A DNA stretch of 20,000 nucleotides, from sequence record SRR20825006_870; one strand, 5' to 3'. The translations under genes were made by a program, and so were the position numbers. The notes beneath the pieces are model-generated. The model worked only from the letters and a program-made list of their open reading frames with translations. It made no database searches and had not been told where the DNA came from. This document shows, in pieces, positions 16,152 through 20,000 of this stretch; position 1 is the stretch's first letter, and each line of letters opens with the position of its first letter.

Positions 16152-17207
16152 TCAAGCTTCTGGAAGCGTGTGGGACGGCAATTCATTGGCCTCAAAACAT
16201 GCTTCCACCAAAGCCATGGTGTCGATGCAGTTTTCCACTGAGGTTTCTAACGCCTCATCTTCCCCAATGTGGAAGCGCTGCACATTGCGGAAAATGCCGG
16301 AAAACGCGTCGAGGAACCAAGATCCTTCAAGCGGGATTTGCTGCCATTCCTGCTCTTTTGTCGCCAACCACAATTCGTCTGGCTCGCCCTTTGGGTAGTT
16401 CAGATTAACGCCGATCTGGGTCACGATTGCGCCCTTGTCGCCTTCAAAGCGGAACGAGCACTCTTGGAATTTACGGCCATAATCATGGTTGTGATTTAGG
16501 GTGAGGGTACAGCGCAGCTTGTCGCCATAATCCAAAATGGCTGATGTGCGGGTTTGCGCCATATTGGCAGATCGCGGATCGCCCATTGTGCGGGCAAATA
16601 CGCCTTTAGGTGCGCCCACTAGTGACCGGATCAAATCTAAATAGTGTATAGAGTGCACCGCAATTTCGATGCGCTCCAGGCCCTCAAGGAAAGGCCATAA
16701 CTCCCATGGCGTTTTCAAATTGAGGTGCATTTCAATTTCGAGCAACTCACCTAAGACACCCCGCTGAATCGCGTCGCGCACCGCCAACATTTGTGGGCTG
16801 AACCGCAATTGGAAATTGATTCCCGCCTTTAAATTGCGATCACGACAAATCTGCAAAATCTCTTTCGCCTGATCGAAGTTCGATCCCATTGGCTTTTGAA
16901 TCAGCACCGTGGCGCCTTCAGGCACATGGTGCAACGTTTCGGCAATGGCCGCGGGCGGCAAGGCCAAATCATAAATGACGTCGGTGCCATGCTGCATGGC
17001 TTCAGCAAGCGTGGCGAACACTTTGTCCACACCCCATTCGGTTGCAACTTCCTGCGCGCGTTCCTGATTCAAATCGAACAGGCCAGCCACCGGAATGCCC
17101 TCATTCTTATAGGTGGGCAAATGTGCATCAACCACAATGCTGCCCGCGCCAATGATGACGGTGGGCGTGGTGCGCGATGGTTTTGGCCAGCTTTGCATAA
17201 GCGTCAT
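16152..17207 (-). CDS. Gfo/Idh/MocA-family oxidoreductase, probable sugar dehydrogenase
   Basis: IIGAGSIVVDAHLP, IQKP (variant of EKP), NFQLRFSP, HSIHYLD; start at ATG 17207 after an AAGG RBS. Confidence 0.88.
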   Translation of the reverse strand: MTLMQSWPKPSRTTPTVIIGAGSIVVDAHLPTYKNEGIPVAGLFDLNQERAQEVATEWGVDKVFATLAEAMQHGTDVIYDLALPPAAIAETLHHVPEGATVLIQKPMGSNFDQAKEILQICRDRNLKAGINFQLRFSPQMLAVRDAIQRGVLGELLEIEMHLNLKTPWELWPFLEGLERIEIAVHSIHYLDLIRSLVGAPKGVFARTMGDPRSANMAQTRTSAILDYGDKLRCTLTLNHNHDYGRKFQECSFRFEGDKGAIVTQIGVNLNYPKGEPDELWLATKEQEWQQIPLEGSWFLDAFSGIFRNVQRFHIGEDEALETSVENCIDTMALVEACFEANELPSHTLPEA

Positions 17208-17289
17208 GGGAGTACCTTTCCGCCATTTTTTGATTTGGCGATCTGTAAGAATTAGCCGAGCAAAGGGGTAAATGCACCCCAAAAGTTAA

Positions 17290-17338
17290 TTTCATTTATA
17301 AAAATACTTTTGACATATAAAAAAATCAAGTTTAGTTT
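17290..17338 (+). promoter_or_regulatory. Sigma70-type promoter of the mutarotase-dehydratase operon with tandem putative IclR boxes
   Basis: TTGACA (17310-17315), 17-bp spacer, TAGTTT (17333-17338). Boxes TTTCATTTATAAAA (17290-17303) and TTTGACATATAAAA (17309-17322). Confidence 0.65.
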
Positions 17339-17368
17339 GCGGGAAAAATCAATCCAATGGAGCAGCCA

Positions 17369-17698
17369 ATGGAACGCATGGGAATGGTGATCGGTGTGCG
17401 GCCTGAATTTATTGCGCGCTATAAAGAACTGCACGCAGATGTGTGGCCGGAAATTTTGCAAAGCCTGAGCGATTGCAACGTCACCAACTATTCCATTTTT
17501 CTGCGCGAACCAGAAAATTTGCTGTTCGGTTATTGGGAATATGTGGGCAGCGATTTTGCTGCCGACATGAAGAAAATGGCCGACATGCCCATCACCCAAG
17601 AATGGTGGGAAGTGTGTATTCCTTGTCAAAAGCCATTGGAGAGCAAACAAGAAGACGAATGGTGGGCATCTATGGAGCAAGTCTTCTACCATCCATAA
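17369..17698 (+). CDS. L-rhamnose mutarotase (RhaM) family sugar mutarotase
   Basis: YKELHADVWPE, NYSIFL, LLFGYWEY, TQEWW, MEQVFY; RBS GGAG at 17359-17362 supports ATG 17369. Confidence 0.88.
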   Translation: MERMGMVIGVRPEFIARYKELHADVWPEILQSLSDCNVTNYSIFLREPENLLFGYWEYVGSDFAADMKKMADMPITQEWWEVCIPCQKPLESKQEDEWWASMEQVFYHP

Positions 17699-17725
17699 TC
17701 CACCTTGCGGATCGAAAGTCTATTC

Positions 17726-18067
17726 ATGACCAATAAAAATAACACAGCCCCAATGGGCGAATATGATCCACGACTGATTTTGCTGGACCCGAACGACAAT
17801 ATATTTGGCGTGGCCCGGCCCATTCGCGCGGGCGAAATGCTTATGATTGATGGCGAGCTTGCGCAACTCGACCAACAGGCGGGCATGGGCTTTAAAATTG
17901 CGGCCCGCAACATCGAACAAGGCGAACATATTTTAAAATATGGCGCCGTGATTGGCGTGGCCAATCAACATATCACCAAGGGCCAATTGGTGCATGTGCA
18001 CAATATTGAAAGCACCTATATGGCCAACACCGTGACAACAGGCACCAGAAAAGAGGTTATCTCATGA
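17726..18067 (+). CDS. UxaA/GarD-family dehydratase small subunit (stand-alone SAF domain)
   Basis: LDPNDNIFGVARPI...GFKIAARNIEQGEHILKYGAVIGVA...GQLVHVHNI. Start is uncertain (17726 or 17753). Confidence 0.85.
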   Translation: MTNKNNTAPMGEYDPRLILLDPNDNIFGVARPIRAGEMLMIDGELAQLDQQAGMGFKIAARNIEQGEHILKYGAVIGVANQHITKGQLVHVHNIESTYMANTVTTGTRKEVIS

Positions 18068-19254
18068 AGGGCTATTTACGCAGCGACGGCCGCAAAGGCA
18101 TCCGCAACATTGTCACAGTGGTTTATCTGGTTGAATGCGCGCACCACGTGGCGCGGCAAGTGGCGCAGCGCTTTGCGCCACAAGATGTGCAGGTGATCGG
18201 TTTTCCGGGGTGTTATCCAAATGAATATGCCCAATCCATGATGGAACGACTTTGCACCCACCCCAATGTGGGCGCCGTTTTGCTGGTTTCACTCGGATGT
18301 GAGGGCTTCAACAAGCTAAAGCTGAAAGATGTGGTTGCTGAAACTGGCCGCCCGGTTGAAGTGTTGACCATTCAGGGCGAAGGCGGCACGGGTAAAACGA
18401 TGCAAAAAGGCATCGAATGGGTCGAGCAACAATTGCAAGGTTTGAAAGAGGCACCAACGGTCGAAATGGACTGGTCGGAACTGGTGGTGGGCACCATTTG
18501 CGGCGGGTCAGACGGTACCAGTGGCCTCACCGCTAACCCTGCAATTGGCCGCGCGTTTGACCAATTTGTGGACAAAGGTGCGGCATGCATCTTTGAAGAA
18601 ACTGGCGAGTTGATCGGATGCGAGCCGCATATGGCGAAACGCGCGGCAACCCCTGAGCTGGCTAAAGAGCTGGTGCAAAGCATCGAAAAAGCCGCGCGCT
18701 ACTACGAGGTGCTGGGCTATCCAAGTTTTGCGCCGGGCAATGCCGATGGTGGCCTTTCGACCATTGAAGAGAAATCCATGGGCGCTTACGCCAAATCTGG
18801 CGCGTCGACCATTTCCGGCCTAATCAAGCCTGGCGATATTCCGCCCTCAGGCGGGCTTTATCTTTTGGACGTGGTGCCAGATGGTGAAGTGCGCTTTGGC
18901 TTCCCCAACATTGTCGACAATGCCGAGATCGTTGAACTGATCGCGTGCGGCTCGCATGTGATTTTGTTTGCCACGGGCCGCGGCTCGGTTGTGGGCTCCG
19001 CCATTTCACCCGTGGTGAAAGTGTGCGCCAATCCGCTCACCTATAAACGCATGGCCGACGATATGGACGTGAACGCAGGCAAAATTTTGGACAATGAGGC
19101 CAGCCTTGATGAGGTGGGCCAAGAGATTGTTGATCTTGTGGCGCAGGTGGGCGATGGCGAAATGACCCGCTCTGAAGCGCTGGGCCATACCGAATTTATT
19201 CTCACCTATAAGAGTTTTGAACCGATTGGACCGGCCTGTTTGCCGGCCGCATAG
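18064..19254 (+). CDS. UxaA/GarD-family (altronate dehydratase-like) sugar-acid dehydratase large subunit
   Basis: GYLRSDGRKGIRN, HPNVGAVLLVSLGCE, CGGSDGTSGLTANPAIG, PGNADGGLSTIEEKSMGA, FATGRG; own RBS GAGG at 18053-18056 and ATGA overlap. Confidence 0.92.
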   Translation: MKGYLRSDGRKGIRNIVTVVYLVECAHHVARQVAQRFAPQDVQVIGFPGCYPNEYAQSMMERLCTHPNVGAVLLVSLGCEGFNKLKLKDVVAETGRPVEVLTIQGEGGTGKTMQKGIEWVEQQLQGLKEAPTVEMDWSELVVGTICGGSDGTSGLTANPAIGRAFDQFVDKGAACIFEETGELIGCEPHMAKRAATPELAKELVQSIEKAARYYEVLGYPSFAPGNADGGLSTIEEKSMGAYAKSGASTISGLIKPGDIPPSGGLYLLDVVPDGEVRFGFPNIVDNAEIVELIACGSHVILFATGRGSVVGSAISPVVKVCANPLTYKRMADDMDVNAGKILDNEASLDEVGQEIVDLVAQVGDGEMTRSEALGHTEFILTYKSFEPIGPACLPAA

Positions 19255-19262
19255 GAGTTAAA

Positions 19263-20000
19263 ATGCAACGCGTAAAAGACAAGTTTTGCCTGGTCACCGC
19301 AGCGGCCCAAGGCATTGGCCGCGCCAGCGTAAAACGTTTGGTGGACGAAGATGCCACCGTTCTGGCCACCGATATTGACGAAGAGGGCTTGGCCTCTTTG
19401 GCAGAAGAAACAGGCTGCGCCACCAAAGTGCTCAATGTGATGGACAAGAATGCAATCAAGGCGATTGCGGAAGAATATCCACATATCGATGTGCTGTTTA
19501 ACTGCGCTGGCTTTGTGGCCAATGGCAATATTTTGGAGTGTGACGATAAGGATTGGGACTTCTCGTTCAATCTCAACGTTACGGCCATGTATCAAATGAT
19601 CAAGGCGCTGTTGCCGAACATGATCAAAAATGGCGGCGGCTCCATCATCAATATGTCTTCCGTTGCCTCCAGCGTCACGGGCGTGCCAAACCGTTTTGCC
19701 TATGGCGCATCCAAGGCGGCGGTGATCGGCCTGACCAAATCCGTTGCGGCTGACTTTGTGAAAGACAATATTCGCTGCAACGCCATTTGCCCGGGCACAG
19801 TGCATTCGCCATCGCTTGAGCAACGCTTGGCAGCGCAGGGCGATTATGAAACAGCAAAAGCGCAATTTATCGCCCGTCAGCCCATGGGACGCATTGGCGA
19901 GCCAGATGAAATTGCGGCGCTTGTGGCCTATTTGGCCAGCGACGATAGCGCATACACCACAGGACAAATTCACGTCATTGATGGCGGCTGGACGATCTAA
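19263..20000 (+). CDS. SDR, 2-keto-3-deoxy-L-fuconate 4-dehydrogenase / BDH2-like
   Basis: TAAAQGIG, ATDID, LFNCAGFV, WDFSFNLNV, NRFAYGASKAAVIGLTKSVAADF, CPGTVHSPSL, FIARQPMGRIG; ends with TAA at 19998-20000. Confidence 0.88.
   Translation: MQRVKDKFCLVTAAAQGIGRASVKRLVDEDATVLATDIDEEGLASLAEETGCATKVLNVMDKNAIKAIAEEYPHIDVLFNCAGFVANGNILECDDKDWDFSFNLNVTAMYQMIKALLPNMIKNGGGSIINMSSVASSVTGVPNRFAYGASKAAVIGLTKSVAADFVKDNIRCNAICPGTVHSPSLEQRLAAQGDYETAKAQFIARQPMGRIGEPDEIAALVAYLASDDSAYTTGQIHVIDGGWTI

Noticed and set aside
17726-19254. Split uxaA as a frameshifted pseudogene
   Set aside because: The break falls at the SAF/catalytic domain boundary, the second ORF has its own RBS and ATGA overlap, and two-subunit UxaA-family dehydratases are established.
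19206-19973. 255-aa minus-strand ORF
   Set aside because: It is an antisense shadow of the terminal SDR. Long antisense frames are common opposite SDR genes.
1-20000. CRISPR arrays, tRNA/rRNA genes, transposases, integrases, prophage or defence genes
   Set aside because: No regularly spaced repeats or recognisable RNA-gene or mobile-element signatures were seen. Nearly all sequence is accounted for by metabolic and regulatory CDSs.

Overview
This is a gene-dense catabolic region of a moderately GC-rich bacterium (roughly 50-55% GC by eye). Protein style suggests an alphaproteobacterium, which is an inference. There are four blocks. (1) 1-1578: the tail of a translationally coupled operon ending in two SDRs. 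(2) 1592-13999: a complete homoprotocatechuate (HPC, 3,4-dihydroxyphenylacetate) meta-cleavage operon (hpaR divergent from hpaF-E-D-gabD-hpaG-H-I), followed by a FeaR-like AraC regulator, an SDR/MoaF/SnoaL operon and a divergent aldehyde dehydrogenase. (3) 14016-15254: a TetR plus GFA-family pair with a clear operator. (4) 15367-20000: an IclR-associated non-phosphorylative sugar pathway (Gfo/Idh/MocA dehydrogenase, RhaM-family mutarotase, split UxaA-family dehydratase, 2-keto-3-deoxy-L-fuconate dehydrogenase-like SDR). The best novelty candidate is the MoaF-family protein. Its C-terminal domain aligns by eye with phenolic acid decarboxylase, keeping the Tyr-x-Tyr pair and catalytic Glu but not the Arg. 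A near-identical copy of the putative HpaR operator sits in front of the FeaR-like gene. Together these suggest an uncharacterised upper pathway that funnels beta-hydroxylated catecholamines or aryl glycols into HPC by quinone-methide dehydration. No amine oxidase or HpaBC is encoded in the window. No RNA genes, CRISPR arrays or transposases were seen. All family calls come from motif recognition, not database searches.
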